Source of the DNA: an uncultured delta proteobacterium
Lineage (GTDB): Bacteria > Desulfobacterota > Desulfobacteria > Desulfobacterales > SG8-13
NCBI GenBank assembly: GCA_963848135.1
Contig: CAWKCK010000005.1
Location: 558,001-622,000 of the forward strand
Length of the DNA stretch: 64,000 bases
Direction: 5' to 3'
The position numbers and the translations under genes are program-made. Under the pieces are notes generated by a model that made no database searches, had not been told where the DNA came from, and worked only from the letters and a program-made list of their open reading frames with translations. Of the stretch, positions 21,152-32,601 are shown in pieces; position 1 is the stretch's first letter; each line of letters opens with the position of its first letter.

Positions 21152-22324
21152 TCAAGGCATCCTTTGGTTTGCGAATCTACTGATGGCAAACATGGACAAA
21201 TCGAACGCCGGCGTGTTTCCCATAGCGATATCTGCCAGGAGTTCTCCTAACACTGGAGCGAACTTGAAGCCATGGCCGGAAAGAGCGGCAGTGAAAACAT
21301 TGCTGTGGCCGGGAAGTAGCCCCAGTGCAAAATCTCCATCCGGCGTCAAAGAATAGAGGCATACATCAGTGATGACTTCGCACGCTGCCAGCGTTGGAAT
21401 GAATTCCTCCAGGAACCGGCGGATCGTCGCCATCTCTTCGGCCTTGACCTCATTGGTCATCGTATCGGGATCACAGTCAGCAAGATGGTTGTGGGCGGCC
21501 ACTTTCACACGTCCGCCAGGCCTGGTTATAGGCAGGGCGTAAAGTTCAAGGTAATTCGGGTTGCCGGCATCTCCGGATAGGGGCAACTGCCAAAAATTTA
21601 CAGGCAAGTTTCCCAGGCAAAAATCCTGCGACTGCGGAGGCGTCACCCATAGAATCGGAACGCGCTTGGGAGACAAATAGGAACCCGACGTTTTCAGCAA
21701 TCGCTTGTTTCGGGCGCCGGCGGTCAGAAACAAACAATCGCCTTCGTACTCTGCCTGGGTCGTTTGGATCGTGACACGGTCGCCGGTTTCCCGCCACCGG
21801 TCAACGCGCTCATTGAACCGAAGCGTCGCGCCCGCTTTCTTTGCTTCCGACAAAAACAGGTCGATCGCGGTTTCCGGAAAAAGCACACCGGCTTCCTTTT
21901 CCAATCCGCCCACAAACCCATCGTGCGGCACCAACTGTGGCCAGCGACGGCGAATCTCAGCCGCCGTCAGATCTTCGAAAGCAATACCGTGGGCGCGAGC
22001 GCTGGCCAGAAAACCCGCCACGGCCGTACCATCGCGTGGCCCTACCGTTAAGTTGCCCGTTTTAGCCAGGAGGTCTGTACCGGTGTCTTTTTCCAATCTT
22101 CGCCACAGCTCCCACGCCCGCAGTGCCAGGGGGACATAGCCGGTGCCTTCCATATAGGCCCTGCGGATACTGCGCGATTCGCCGTGATGACTGCCAAACC
22201 GGTGAGGCGGTCGAAACGCATCCAGCCCGATCACGGAAACACCTCGGCGGGCAAGCTCCATGCAGGTTGCCGCTCCGACTGTGCCCAAACCGACAACGAT
22301 GACATCAAAACCCGAAGGTATCAT
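21152..22324 (-). CDS. solA: N-methyl-L-tryptophan/sarcosine oxidase family flavoprotein
   Basis: VVGLGTVG, GSHHGESR, CLYSLTPD, SGHGFKF. Confidence 0.85.
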   Translation of the reverse strand: MIPSGFDVIVVGLGTVGAATCMELARRGVSVIGLDAFRPPHRFGSHHGESRSIRRAYMEGTGYVPLALRAWELWRRLEKDTGTDLLAKTGNLTVGPRDGTAVAGFLASARAHGIAFEDLTAAEIRRRWPQLVPHDGFVGGLEKEAGVLFPETAIDLFLSEAKKAGATLRFNERVDRWRETGDRVTIQTTQAEYEGDCLFLTAGARNKRLLKTSGSYLSPKRVPILWVTPPQSQDFCLGNLPVNFWQLPLSGDAGNPNYLELYALPITRPGGRVKVAAHNHLADCDPDTMTNEVKAEEMATIRRFLEEFIPTLAACEVITDVCLYSLTPDGDFALGLLPGHSNVFTAALSGHGFKFAPVLGELLADIAMGNTPAFDLSMFAISRFANQRMP

Positions 22325-22745
22325 ATATCAAGCCCACCTTGAATTTGAATCCGCACCGATATCGGCCGCATGGAAATGAGCTCGAATCGGCCGGTTTGAG
22401 TGATTTTAAAAACTCTCACATAACGTTAACCTGATTTAAGCAACTGTCGAGATTAGTACCAATTGGCACGTTGGAAAAAACGTAACCCCACTTTGCATAT
22501 TGAGATGGATACCGATTCAACCAGCTTCGAGGTCTGCCATCTGCTATTTTCCGTGAAGCCAGCGAGGCTGACCTTCAAGATGACCGGCTGCTAACCTGCA
22601 GGCAACCGGCCATGGTTGCTTCCAGGGTCGAAAAAATATATAAGTAATTCCTGGATCGATACGCTAAATATTGGGCAGAAAGGCATTATGAAACATGAGT
22701 CGTCGCCTCTAAGATAACCATCAATCAGCTAGTCCTGGAGACCTT

Positions 22746-24490
22746 ATGGTCGGGGATATTACCCATAAAGAGATATTCGGAATTATTAGCACCGGTGTCA
22801 TCGTCACAGATACCAAAGGACGGATTACTCACATCAATAGACAGGCCGAATCGGTACTTGGTTTGTCCTTGACGACCCATGCCGGCAAGATGATAACCGA
22901 ACTGCTGCCACTTACCGGACCCCAGGTGATGCAATGCCTGAAAACCGAATCACCGGTGTTAGGTCATCAAATTAAGGGGAAAACCATCGACCTCATATTA
23001 GATATCACCTTGATCCGGAAGAACCAAAATACACTTGGAGCGGTTTGTAATTTTCAGGAAATGAATCAGTTCGAAAATGTTGCCCGAAAACTTGAATCAT
23101 ACAAGCGCATGAATCGTCAGCTGGCAGCCATTTTCAAAGCCTCTTCAGACGGTATCTGGGTGTGTGATCGCGATCGGTAAGGTCATCAGCGTCAATGAAG
23201 CCTCAGAACGACTCAATGGAATCCGTTCGGAAGACATCGTTGGAAGAAACGTGTCTGATCTCATGAAGAGCGGGTTCTTTGACCGCTCGGTAACACTCGA
23301 AGTTCTCGATACCAAGCGCCAGGTCAGTGTCATGCAGTACATTCAACGAACCGGAAAGTATCTGTTGGCCACCGGCACGCCTGTATTCGACGAAGCCGGT
23401 GATCTGTATCTGGTGGTAGTCAACGAGCGCGACCTGACACAACTCAATGCCATTCAGGAAGCACTGGAACAATCGCGGCTGGAAGCCGAAAAGATTAAGG
23501 ACCAATTAGCGGGCTTAAGCATGAGGGAGCTCAAAGAACAAAATATCATTGCTGAGAGTAAACAGATGCGTAAAGTTTTGGAAGCCGCCCTGAAACTTTC
23601 GCGTATTGAGGCCTCAAATATTCTGATACTCGGCGAATCCGGCTCCGGGAAGGGTCTTTTGGCAAAATTTATCCATCAAAATAGCCGGCGTCAACGTATG
23701 CCTTTCATACAAATTAACTGTGCGGCACTGCCAGAACAATTGCTGGAAGCCGAACTCTTCGGATATGAAAAAGGAGCATTCACGGGCGCTCGCGAGAGGG
23801 GCAAGGCCGGCCTCATCGAACTTGCTCACGGCGGAACTCTCTTTCTTGACGAAATTGGTGACATTCCCCTGCCGCTGCAAGCAAAATTGTTGAAGTATCT
23901 TGACGATCACGAAGTCCTGAAATTAGGAGGCACAAGGCCGCGAAAGATCGACTGTATGGTGATTGCAGCAACCAACCGTGAACTGGAAACCTTAGTGAGT
24001 CAACGGGTTTTCCGCGGTGATCTTTATTACCGCTTAAATGCATTTACATTAAAGATACCATCACTTCGTGAGCGGCCCGACGACATTTTCGAACTGGTAA
24101 ATCATTTCCTGCAGCAATACAATCGACGTTTCAAAACTAGGCAAACAGGTGTCAGCAGAAGGGTTGTTGATATTGCAGAACTACCGATTCCCGGGCAACG
24201 TCCGAGAGCTGAAAAATATGCTCAAGAAAGCCGTAGTGATGAGCAATCAGCCAGTGCTGGACGATTTCATTGCGCGAAGCCTAACAAAAGAGTGTCGTCC
24301 ATCGATGGCCTTAATGCGACAAGCCGGCTCTGAAAAACCTTACAGCATTGCGCTGCGGGACTTTGAAAAATCACTATTCGAAGATGCCATGCGGCGATGT
24401 CGAACTACCCGTGAGTTGGCTGCAGCCCTTGGAATCAGTCAACCAACGGTGGTTCGAAAAATGAAACATCATCGGCTCACCTTTAACTGA
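22746..24490 (+). CDS. PAS-PAS sigma-54-dependent transcriptional activator (frameshifts near 23175 and 24140)
   Basis: GESGSGKG, GAFTGA, LFLDE, FPGNVREL, C-terminal HTH LGISQPTVVRKM. Confidence 0.92.
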
Positions 24491-24630
24491 TTCAAAATTG
24501 AATCAAACCCTACTTCATCTAATTGAAATTCAACGATTAATTAAATTCTATGATGATTCAATAATGAATTACATGCGTATAACACACAATATCAATTAGA
24601 TACAAATCAATATGATTCATCTTTGAATCA
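24488..24630. promoter_or_regulatory. Three palindromic TGATTCA-N4-TGAATYA sites, probable activator UAS
   Basis: Copies at 24488-24505, 24554-24571, 24613-24630. Confidence 0.75.
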
Positions 24631-24705
24631 AACCCGACTGATCAGACGTTGAGCGTTTCCTGCCAAGCATCTGAAATATAGTCATATCTGTCCTCACCAC
24701 CAATA

Positions 24706-24722
24706 CTGGTCCGATTGTTGCT
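24706..24722 (+). promoter_or_regulatory. Sigma-54 promoter of the gabT operon
   Basis: CTGGTCCGATTGTTGCT fits GG-N10-GC. Confidence 0.7.
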
Positions 24723-24850
24723 GTAACATGAAATCGTTGTGTTCCCATGCCTCTATACATCCCCCAAGGTTTCATTTGAAGAAATAGGGATAGAGGGCCC
24801 AGGTACCGTCCAGCGATTGACCGACAAATGCCACTCAACAAGGAGAAGTT

Positions 24851-26161
24851 ATGAACATTCTCAACGACAACGATACCTTGAAAGCTTTACGGGAAAAAAC
24901 AATGGCCAAAGGTTACGCCAGTGCCACCGACCGTTATATCGAAAAGGGTATTGGTGCCCTATTGTACGATGTGGCGGGTAAGGAGTATATCGATTTCGGG
25001 GCGGGAATTGCCGTAATGAATGTTGGGCATTCACACCCCCGGGTCGTCGCCGCTATCAAGGATCAGGCCGAAAAATTAACCCATACCTGTTTCATGGTGA
25101 TGCCCTACGCGCCGGCGGTGCACTTGGCAGAAAAACTCTGCCGGCTGGTCCCGGGATCATTCGACAAATCAGCCGTGATGGTCAACAGCGGGGCCGAAGC
25201 GGTGGAAAACGCCGTAAAAATAGCGCGTTACTATACCAAGCGACAAGCCGTCATCGCCTTTGAAAATGGTTTTCACGGTCGCACCTACTTGGGTATGTCA
25301 CTGACCAGCAAAGTCAAACCTTACAAACACGGATTCGGTCCCTTCGTCCCGGAAATCTACCGCATGCCCTTTGCCTACTGCTATCGCTGCCCGTTCAATC
25401 TCAGCTATCCAGAATGCGGTACGGCTTGCGCCGACTACCTCGAAGATTTTTTCATTCAATACGTGGCCCCGGAAGCCACTGCCGCAATAATAGCCGAACC
25501 GGTTCAGGGCGAAGGCGGGTTCATCTGTCCGCCACCGGAATATTTCCCGAAGTTAAAGAAAATTTGTGAAAAGTACGGCATCCTCTTGATCGCCGATGAA
25601 ATTCAAACCGGAATCGGCCGCACCGGCACCATGTTTGCCATGGAACAGTGGGGTGTAGAGGCCGAATTAACCACGGTCGCCAAAAGCCTGGCGGCTGGTA
25701 TGCCGCTCAGTGCCGTGGTCGGCAGAAAAGATATTATGGACACGATTCATGCCGGCGGTATCGGCGGAACTTACGGCGGCAATCCGGTTGCCTGCCGAGC
25801 GGCCCTTGCCGTACTCGACGTCTTCGAAACCGAGAACATCCTGGAGAAATCCAAAGCACTTGGAAAACGTCTTCGTAAACGGCTGGATGGGTTCAAGGAA
25901 CAATTCGAAATCGTGGGCGATGTGCGGGGCCTGGGCCCGATGCTGGCCATGGAACTGGTCAAGGACCGCAAAACCAAGCAGCCGGCGGCCGATGAAACCA
26001 AGGCCGTAGCCAAATTCTGCCTGGAACACGGACTGATGCTGCTGACCTGCGGAAGCTATGGTAATGTAATCCGTCTGCTCATGCCGCTGGTCATAACCGA
26101 CGAGCATCTGGAGAAAGGCCTGGCCATTCTCGAAGATGCGCTAGCCTCATTGGAAAAATGA
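24851..26161 (+). CDS. gabT: 4-aminobutyrate--2-oxoglutarate aminotransferase (class III)
   Basis: NSGAEAVENAVK, FHGRT, EPVQGEGGF, DEIQTG, AKSLA, GGTYGGNP. Confidence 0.88.
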   Translation: MNILNDNDTLKALREKTMAKGYASATDRYIEKGIGALLYDVAGKEYIDFGAGIAVMNVGHSHPRVVAAIKDQAEKLTHTCFMVMPYAPAVHLAEKLCRLVPGSFDKSAVMVNSGAEAVENAVKIARYYTKRQAVIAFENGFHGRTYLGMSLTSKVKPYKHGFGPFVPEIYRMPFAYCYRCPFNLSYPECGTACADYLEDFFIQYVAPEATAAIIAEPVQGEGGFICPPPEYFPKLKKICEKYGILLIADEIQTGIGRTGTMFAMEQWGVEAELTTVAKSLAAGMPLSAVVGRKDIMDTIHAGGIGGTYGGNPVACRAALAVLDVFETENILEKSKALGKRLRKRLDGFKEQFEIVGDVRGLGPMLAMELVKDRKTKQPAADETKAVAKFCLEHGLMLLTCGSYGNVIRLLMPLVITDEHLEKGLAILEDALASLEK

Positions 26162-26499
26162 TTATGGACAGGGTTGCAAAGGCGTCTTTCACGGATATTA
26201 AAAAGGGTCTTGATCCGCGCCTTTGTTATCTGATTATCGAAAACCGATCGAAAAAAGGCTTTATCACCGATTTTGACGTCTTTCTCGAGCGGTTGGCGGA
26301 ATTCGGTGAAGACCTCCCGGCCCGTAAATTCTATGAAGAACCCACCAACGGCGGGTTGTTTATGGTGGTCTCCTTCGAGAAATCACTGGCAGAGAGGATC
26401 AAAGAAATCATTATCTTCGGCATTGTGCCGGACCATATGGTGTACTATCTATACAGATGCTCTGCTGAAGGCAGTTCGCACACCGTAACCGAATTATGA
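26158..26499 (+). CDS. Hypothetical protein inside the gabT operon
   Basis: ATGA overlap with gabT; 113 aa. Confidence 0.7.
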   Translation: MIMDRVAKASFTDIKKGLDPRLCYLIIENRSKKGFITDFDVFLERLAEFGEDLPARKFYEEPTNGGLFMVVSFEKSLAERIKEIIIFGIVPDHMVYYLYRCSAEGSSHTVTEL

Positions 26500-26569
26500 G
26501 TGGTTAATCACCTGAAAAAGACCGCTCGCGAGCCAATCAAACAACTATTAGCAAAAAGGAGGAGTTAAG

Positions 26570-27823
26570 ATGAAATCGAACCAAAAGTATTTCAAGCTTG
26601 CCGTTTGGATGGGGGCACTGGCCGTGTTTACGATTCTACCGGGTCTCTCCGGCAACGCAGGGGCCGCTGACAAAGTGGTTCGTATCGGAAACATTATCCC
26701 GCTATCGGGTCCGTCGGCATCCGTGGGGCAGCAAGGCAAGAACGCCCGGGAAATGGCCGTTGAGGAAATCAACGCTGCCGGAGGAATTAAATCTCTGGGT
26801 GGTGCCAAACTCGAGATGCTTTATGCTGACTCCGAATCGAAACCGGAAAAAGGCGTTGCCGAAGCTGAACGAATGATTAACACGGAAAAAGTGCACCTTC
26901 TCACCGGGTGCTGGAACTCCGCCGTAACGTACCCGACCACCGCCGTTGCCGAGCGTTACGGAATACCTTTCGTGGTTCCGGTATCAGTGGCAGATAAAAT
27001 CACCGAGCAGGGCTTCAAAACTGTCTTCCGAATTGCTGCCAAAGACGGCTGGTGGACCCGGGATCAGTTTGCTTTCCTGGCCGATGTGCAAAAAGAATTC
27101 GGCACGCCGATCAAAAAGCTGGCTTTCGTTTATGAAAATGGTGACTGGGGCAAGGGTTTCGCCGGGCAATGGCGAGAGTTGGCCCAAAAAGGCGGGTACG
27201 AAATCGTGCTGGATGAACCCTACCCTTCCACGGCCACTGACTTGAGTCCGTGATTATCAAAAAATTGCCGGGCACAGCCGGATGCGCTATTGCTCGTCTC
27301 CAATGCCGCCGACGCCATTTTGTTGACCAACACCTTGGCGGAATACAAGGTAAAGCTAAAAGCCATTATCGGCAGTGGCGGCGGACATGCCGACCCGTCA
27401 TTCTTAACGGCCACCGGTGACAACGCCCGTTATCTGTTTGACATTGTCGAGTGGGAAACCGACGTCAACAAGCCCGGTGTAAAAGAAATAAATGCCAAGT
27501 TCAAGGAACGCTACGGTTACAACCTGGCTGGCGAATCGGTAGATGCCTATATCGCCACGTACGTCATCGCAGACGCCCTGGAGCGTGCCGGATCTCTTGA
27601 TCCTGAGAAAATCCGCAAGGCCCTGGCTGAAACCAACTTGAGAAGTGGTCCGGCGATGATCGCCTCCTATGACGCCATCGAATTCGACAGCAATGGGCAG
27701 AACAAACATGCCGCGCTGTCCATCGTCCAAATCGGCGATATGGGAAGCGGCCTGGAACGAATTACCGTATGGCCGGCTAGCGCCCGCCGGGCAGGCTACA
27801 AACCGGTCTTCCCGATGAAGTAA
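26570..27823 (+). CDS. LIV-family ABC substrate-binding protein (frameshift region near 27250-27270)
   Basis: Signal peptide; PLSG, EEINAAGG; continues as PDALLLVSN in another frame. Confidence 0.88.
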
Positions 27824-27845
27824 TCGGTGCTCAGGGATCCGATCA

Positions 27846-27887
27846 GATAGGGTGCGGTGCCGGACGCTATGGCACTGCACCCTTATC
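27846..27887 (+). other. Intercistronic hairpin after the SBP gene
   Basis: GATAGGGTGCGGTGCC ... GGCACTGCACCCTTATC. Confidence 0.55.
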
Positions 27888-27946
27888 CGGCCCCAATTTG
27901 CGATGCGCACCGAGGGAACCGCTGCCCTCCCAGGCTGGAGAAAACC

Positions 27947-28835
27947 ATGATTTACATACTGGAAGACACGATAAACGGGATTCTGATGGGCTCCATTTAC
28001 GGGCTGACAGCCCTGGGGCTAACCATCATTTTCGGCGTGCTCAAAGTCATCAATTTCGCCCACGGTTCGCTGCTGATGGTGGGCATGTATGTGGCCTACT
28101 GGGCGGTGATGCTGACCGGGCTTCATCCCTACCTGACCCTGGTCCTGGTGGTACCGGTAATGTTCTTATTCGGATACTATCTTCAGGATATCGTTATTAA
28201 ACCGATTTTCAAGGCCGAAAAACAGGTCCGCGAACCCATTACAGTCATCATCGTCACGACAGGCGTCTGGTACATACTCGACAACCTGACACTTTTGGTC
28301 TTCGGGCCGCAGTATCGCAACATTCAGGACAACCCTTTGAGGGGCAGAATGCTGGAACTCGGCGATATGCTCGTCTCCGTACCGAAACTTTGGGGCTTTG
28401 GGGCTGCGATCCTCACGGCACTGGCTGTCTACACTGTTTTTTCAAAAAACCCGCATGGGGCGCGCCATCCGGGCCACCAGTCTCGACCGGGAAGCGGCCA
28501 GTCTCATGGGAATCAACCAATACAGGGTATACAATGTGGCCTTCGGCATCGGCACGGCCACTGCTGGGGTGGCCGCCGTGACCCTGATCCCGTTTTACAA
28601 TGTGTTCCCCACGGTGGGGGTGCTCTTCGATATCAAAGGATTCATAATCGTCGTACTGGGCGGCCTGGGCAGCATCGGTGGCGCCATTCTGGGGGGCATC
28701 ATCATTGGCCTTATCGAATCCGTGGCGCCGCAGTTTATGACGGCCACCTGGACCGAGGCCATCGTATACGGGTTGTTTCTGATTGTCCTTTTCGTCAAAC
28801 CTTCAGGGCTGTTTGGCGTCAAATACGACTGGTAG
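27947..28835 (+). CDS. LIV-family ABC permease, LivH-like (frameshift in T/A run near 28440)
   Basis: GLTIIFGVLKVINFAHG; GRAIRA..EAASLMGIN; VVLGGLGSI. Confidence 0.9.
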
Positions 28836-28854
28836 TCATTCTAAAGGAAATGGC

Positions 28855-29865
28855 ATGACGCGAGAAAATGTTAACAGGATAGCACTCATCGCGATCCTCA
28901 TCGTGGCGTTCGGGCTACCAATGGTTCTGCAGAGTGCCACGTACCTCCATATTCTGATACTGGTATTCTTCTACGCTTACCTGACCACAAGCTGGAACCT
29001 GGTAGGTGGCTTCGCCGGGGTGCTGCCGCTGGGACATTCCGCATTTATAGGTATCGGTGCGTATACTTCGACCATACTTTTTCTTCAGTACGGCATCAGT
29101 CCCTGGATCGGTATGGTCATCGGCGGCCTCCTGGCGACCATCGTTGGGGTCATCATTGGATTGCCGACCTTAAAGATGCGCGGCGCATATTTCGCTTTGG
29201 CAACCATCGCTTTCGCCGAAGGCCTGCGTGTAATGGTGGAAAACATCGACAAACTCGGTCCTTTCATCATTAACGGCCCCCGGGGACTTCAGATTCCGCC
29301 GCTGGAGACCGGATTTGTCAATTTGCTCTTTATCAGCAAAGTCCCTTATTACTATATTATCCTGATCATGCTCGCATCCGTGTTGGCACTGACCTGGTTC
29401 TTCTCCCGTTCCAAACTCGGTTACATCCTTAATGCCGGTGGAGAAGAGCCGGAAGCCGCTATGGCCCTGGGTATCAACGTTGCCCGCACCAAACTGGTCG
29501 CCATGGCCATGAGTTCCTTTCTGACTGCACTTGCCGGGACATTTTACGCTCAGTTCACCCTGTATATCCATCCCAAAAGTATCATCTCGCTGGATCTGTC
29601 CTTCGAAATCGCCTTTATCGCACTCATCGGCGGCCGCGGCTCGATTGCCGGCCCGGTTCTCGGAGCGCTCCTTCTGCGGCCATTGAGCGATTTCTCGCGG
29701 ATCTATTTTGGCGACACACTACCGGGGATGCACCTGATTATCTTCGGTGTGGTCCTGATTCTGGTAATGATTTTTCAGCCGCGGGGAATACAGGAACCCC
29801 TGACCAGAATGTACAACAGAGTGATCGAAAAAATCTGCAACAAACCGGAGAAAAGCATGTCATGA
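28855..29865 (+). CDS. LIV-family ABC permease, LivM-like
   Basis: GHSAFIGIGAY, GAYFALAT, IGGRGSI. Confidence 0.9.
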   Translation: MTRENVNRIALIAILIVAFGLPMVLQSATYLHILILVFFYAYLTTSWNLVGGFAGVLPLGHSAFIGIGAYTSTILFLQYGISPWIGMVIGGLLATIVGVIIGLPTLKMRGAYFALATIAFAEGLRVMVENIDKLGPFIINGPRGLQIPPLETGFVNLLFISKVPYYYIILIMLASVLALTWFFSRSKLGYILNAGGEEPEAAMALGINVARTKLVAMAMSSFLTALAGTFYAQFTLYIHPKSIISLDLSFEIAFIALIGGRGSIAGPVLGALLLRPLSDFSRIYFGDTLPGMHLIIFGVVLILVMIFQPRGIQEPLTRMYNRVIEKICNKPEKSMS

Positions 29866-30587
29866 ATATTCTGGAAGTGACGGGTCTGACAAAGGACTTC
29901 GGTGGTCTCCGGGCGATTGACAGCCTGGATATCCATATCGAAGAGGGGGAGATCCTGGGCCTTATCGGACCCAATGGCGCCGGGAAGTCCACCGCCTTCA
30001 ACTGCATCGCCGGAGTGTATGCACCAACAGAGGGACACATCCGGTTCAGGGGAGATGTGATCAATGGCCGCAAGCCTTGGAACCTTTGCAAAAAAGGCCT
30101 GGCGCGAATATTTCAGAATGTAAAACTTTTTGCCTCGAAAAACGTGCTCTACAACGTCATGGTCGGGGCGTTTGCCGTCACTGGCAAAACCAGTGATGCA
30201 CGCGACAAGGCAATTCAGGTGCTTGACCTCCTCAATTTCACTGACAAAAAAGATATCCGCGCCGGCAATCTTACGATCGCTGACCGTAAACGGTTGGAGA
30301 TCGCCCGAGCACTGGCCACCGAACCCAGAATGCTTTTGCTGGATGAAGTGATGGCCGGTCTCAGACCGGCGGAAGTGGATGATATGGTGGATGTTATCCG
30401 TCAGCTTCGAGACAAGGGCATCACTATCTTCGTGATTGAGCACATCATGCGCGCCATCATGGCCCTCTCCGACCGGATTGTCGTGATTCATTTCGGTCGA
30501 AAAATAGCAGAGGGCACACCACAGGCTGTCGCCGCAGACGAGAATGTCATCAAAGCCTACCTGGGAGAGGATTATGCCGTTTCTTGA
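29862..30587 (+). CDS. LIV-family ABC ATPase, LivG-like
   Basis: GPNGAGKST, LLDE, IEHIM, KAYLG. Confidence 0.92.
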   Translation: MNILEVTGLTKDFGGLRAIDSLDIHIEEGEILGLIGPNGAGKSTAFNCIAGVYAPTEGHIRFRGDVINGRKPWNLCKKGLARIFQNVKLFASKNVLYNVMVGAFAVTGKTSDARDKAIQVLDLLNFTDKKDIRAGNLTIADRKRLEIARALATEPRMLLLDEVMAGLRPAEVDDMVDVIRQLRDKGITIFVIEHIMRAIMALSDRIVVIHFGRKIAEGTPQAVAADENVIKAYLGEDYAVS

Positions 30588-31284
30588 AATAAAGAACATC
30601 GATGTGTTCTACGGTGATGTGCAGGTGATATTCGATCTTTCTCTGACCGTTAAGGAAGGCGAAGTGGTCAGCATCATCGGCAGTAACGGTGCCGGAAAGT
30701 CCACCCTCTTGAAGACGATATCCGGCCTGATGACACCGTCGCAGGGAGATATTCTCTTCGAAGGTTTTCCCACCCATGATCAACCGCCCGAGAACATCGT
30801 CGAAAGGGGTATCGTTCAGGTACCCGAAGGACGGCGCCTGTTCACCCTGATGACAGTAAAAGACAATCTGATTGTCGGCGCCTACAGCAATCGCGCCGAT
30901 CGGCTGCAAGAAAAGACCTTGAAGGAAGTATATTCACTTTTGCCGCGGCTCCAGGAACGGGAATCACAAATAGCCATGACCTTGTCCGGCGGCGAACAGC
31001 AGATGGTGGCTATCGGCCGGGGACTGATGTCTCGGCCCAAGTTGTTGATGCTGGATGAACCCTCGCTCGGGCTGGCACCGATTCTTATTAAAAGTATATT
31101 CGAAACCGTCCGCAAAATCGCCGACAAGGGGACCACCGTCCTTCTCGTGGAGCAAGACGTCAAACATTCGTTGAGCTTAAGCGACAGGGGATATGTGCTT
31201 GAACACGGCCGCATCGCCATGGAGGGTCCCGCAACCGATCTACTGGATGACCCGCATATAAAAACAGCCTACCTGGGCCTGTAA
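30574..31284 (+). CDS. LIV-family ABC ATPase, LivF-like
   Basis: GSNGAGKST, VPEGRRLF, LSGGEQQM, LDEPSLGLAP. Confidence 0.92.
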   Translation: MPFLEIKNIDVFYGDVQVIFDLSLTVKEGEVVSIIGSNGAGKSTLLKTISGLMTPSQGDILFEGFPTHDQPPENIVERGIVQVPEGRRLFTLMTVKDNLIVGAYSNRADRLQEKTLKEVYSLLPRLQERESQIAMTLSGGEQQMVAIGRGLMSRPKLLMLDEPSLGLAPILIKSIFETVRKIADKGTTVLLVEQDVKHSLSLSDRGYVLEHGRIAMEGPATDLLDDPHIKTAYLGL

Positions 31285-31364
31285 ACGGTATAATTTGATT
31301 TCAACGTATTGCTGGTCTATCGATCTTACGCAGTGCTGAATAGATACATGTAGCCTGGGGGAAC

Positions 31365-32324
31365 CTAGCTCGTCTTCCTGTCACGGCATTCGATGATAAA
31401 GTCAATAAAATTCTCCACGGGATCGAAGCCGACCACCTGGGGGGCATTGGCGACAAAATTGGACAAGGGGTTGATGTCATAATAGTAGATTCGCCCGCTC
31501 GCGGCATCGATAAGATACTCCACCCCGCCGAGATCCGCAGATGAGGCGGCGACGATCCGTTTGACCGCCTCGACGACGTCCGGCGGCGGACTGTATGTTT
31601 CGATGTCCGTAGAAGGGCGGGGCGATTCCCCTTTCCCGACCGGACAGTGGTTGAACGTATCGATGTTGCACCCATCAGCCGGGCAGTAATTGAAGTTATC
31701 TGCTTTCATCGGCAGCCGAATCGCATAGAGATAGTCACCGTTGAGAATCTCGACCCTGATGATGGCATTGTCTTCGGCGGTCAAATACTCCTGGATCAAT
31801 GCCGTGTGGTCGATCCCGAAGTCCAACGCCTCCTGAATCACTGCCGCCTCGAGCTCTTTTGGGGCCGTAAAAAGCTGAATACCGGTACCACTGCCGCCGA
31901 TATTCGGTTTGAACAGCACGGGATATCCCACGGCTTCGGCGGCTTTCAGCGCCTGCTCCGCACGATGAATCACCCGTGTCTGCGGAAATGGGAGTCCTAA
32001 CGCTTGCAAGAGGGTAACCTGAAGGGCTTTGGATGTTCCGATTTCGTACGATTGATAACCGTTGATCACCCGCATGCCGATGCGCTCCAGGTAAGCCAGG
32101 TATTGTTTGACGTAAAGGACAATTTGAGAGTGAGACCCACCAGAAGGCTGCGCGCTCATGCGGTTGACGATGATCGCGTAGGGCAGCTCCGGCAGTGACG
32201 GGTCGAAGGCGTGGTCCGGAACGAATATCTTTTCGTAGGGGACATTTCTTCGCTCCAGCGCGGCAAAAAGCGGCACAAACCATGTCGGGTGTTCGTAAAA
32301 AACGGCAATCGGATTTATTGTCAT
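31365..32324 (-). CDS. RimK-like ATP-grasp ligase
   Basis: VING..SKA, YPVLFKPNIGGSG, LIQEY, GGVEY, YDINP. Confidence 0.85.
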   Translation of the reverse strand: MTINPIAVFYEHPTWFVPLFAALERRNVPYEKIFVPDHAFDPSLPELPYAIIVNRMSAQPSGGSHSQIVLYVKQYLAYLERIGMRVINGYQSYEIGTSKALQVTLLQALGLPFPQTRVIHRAEQALKAAEAVGYPVLFKPNIGGSGTGIQLFTAPKELEAAVIQEALDFGIDHTALIQEYLTAEDNAIIRVEILNGDYLYAIRLPMKADNFNYCPADGCNIDTFNHCPVGKGESPRPSTDIETYSPPPDVVEAVKRIVAASSADLGGVEYLIDAASGRIYYYDINPLSNFVANAPQVVGFDPVENFIDFIIECRDRKTS

Positions 32325-32601
32325 TTGCTTGGTCCTCCGTTAATGCTTTCATAGTATTTACTTCCGTCGCTGCACTGGCCGCGGTCCAAAGAGTCAGCAC
32401 AACAGGTTACAGGTGTTCACTCTTGCCATTCTGCCAAAGACGTGTTGACGCCGGCTTCGAACGCCTGGTTATACACCGCAACAGAGTCCGCGTCGCCGCG
32501 CCTTTCTACCAACCGCCGCACGAAAACCGATGCGAGGATCTCCGGGATCGGTGTGGAGAGTAATCCGCTGTGCACTATCCCTGCGATTATCAAGCTTGTG
32601 A

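Noticed and set aside
22595..22625. GCCGGTTGCC resembling the end of a c-di-GMP-I riboswitch
   Set aside because: The upstream GGCAAA/GNRA P2 elements are missing
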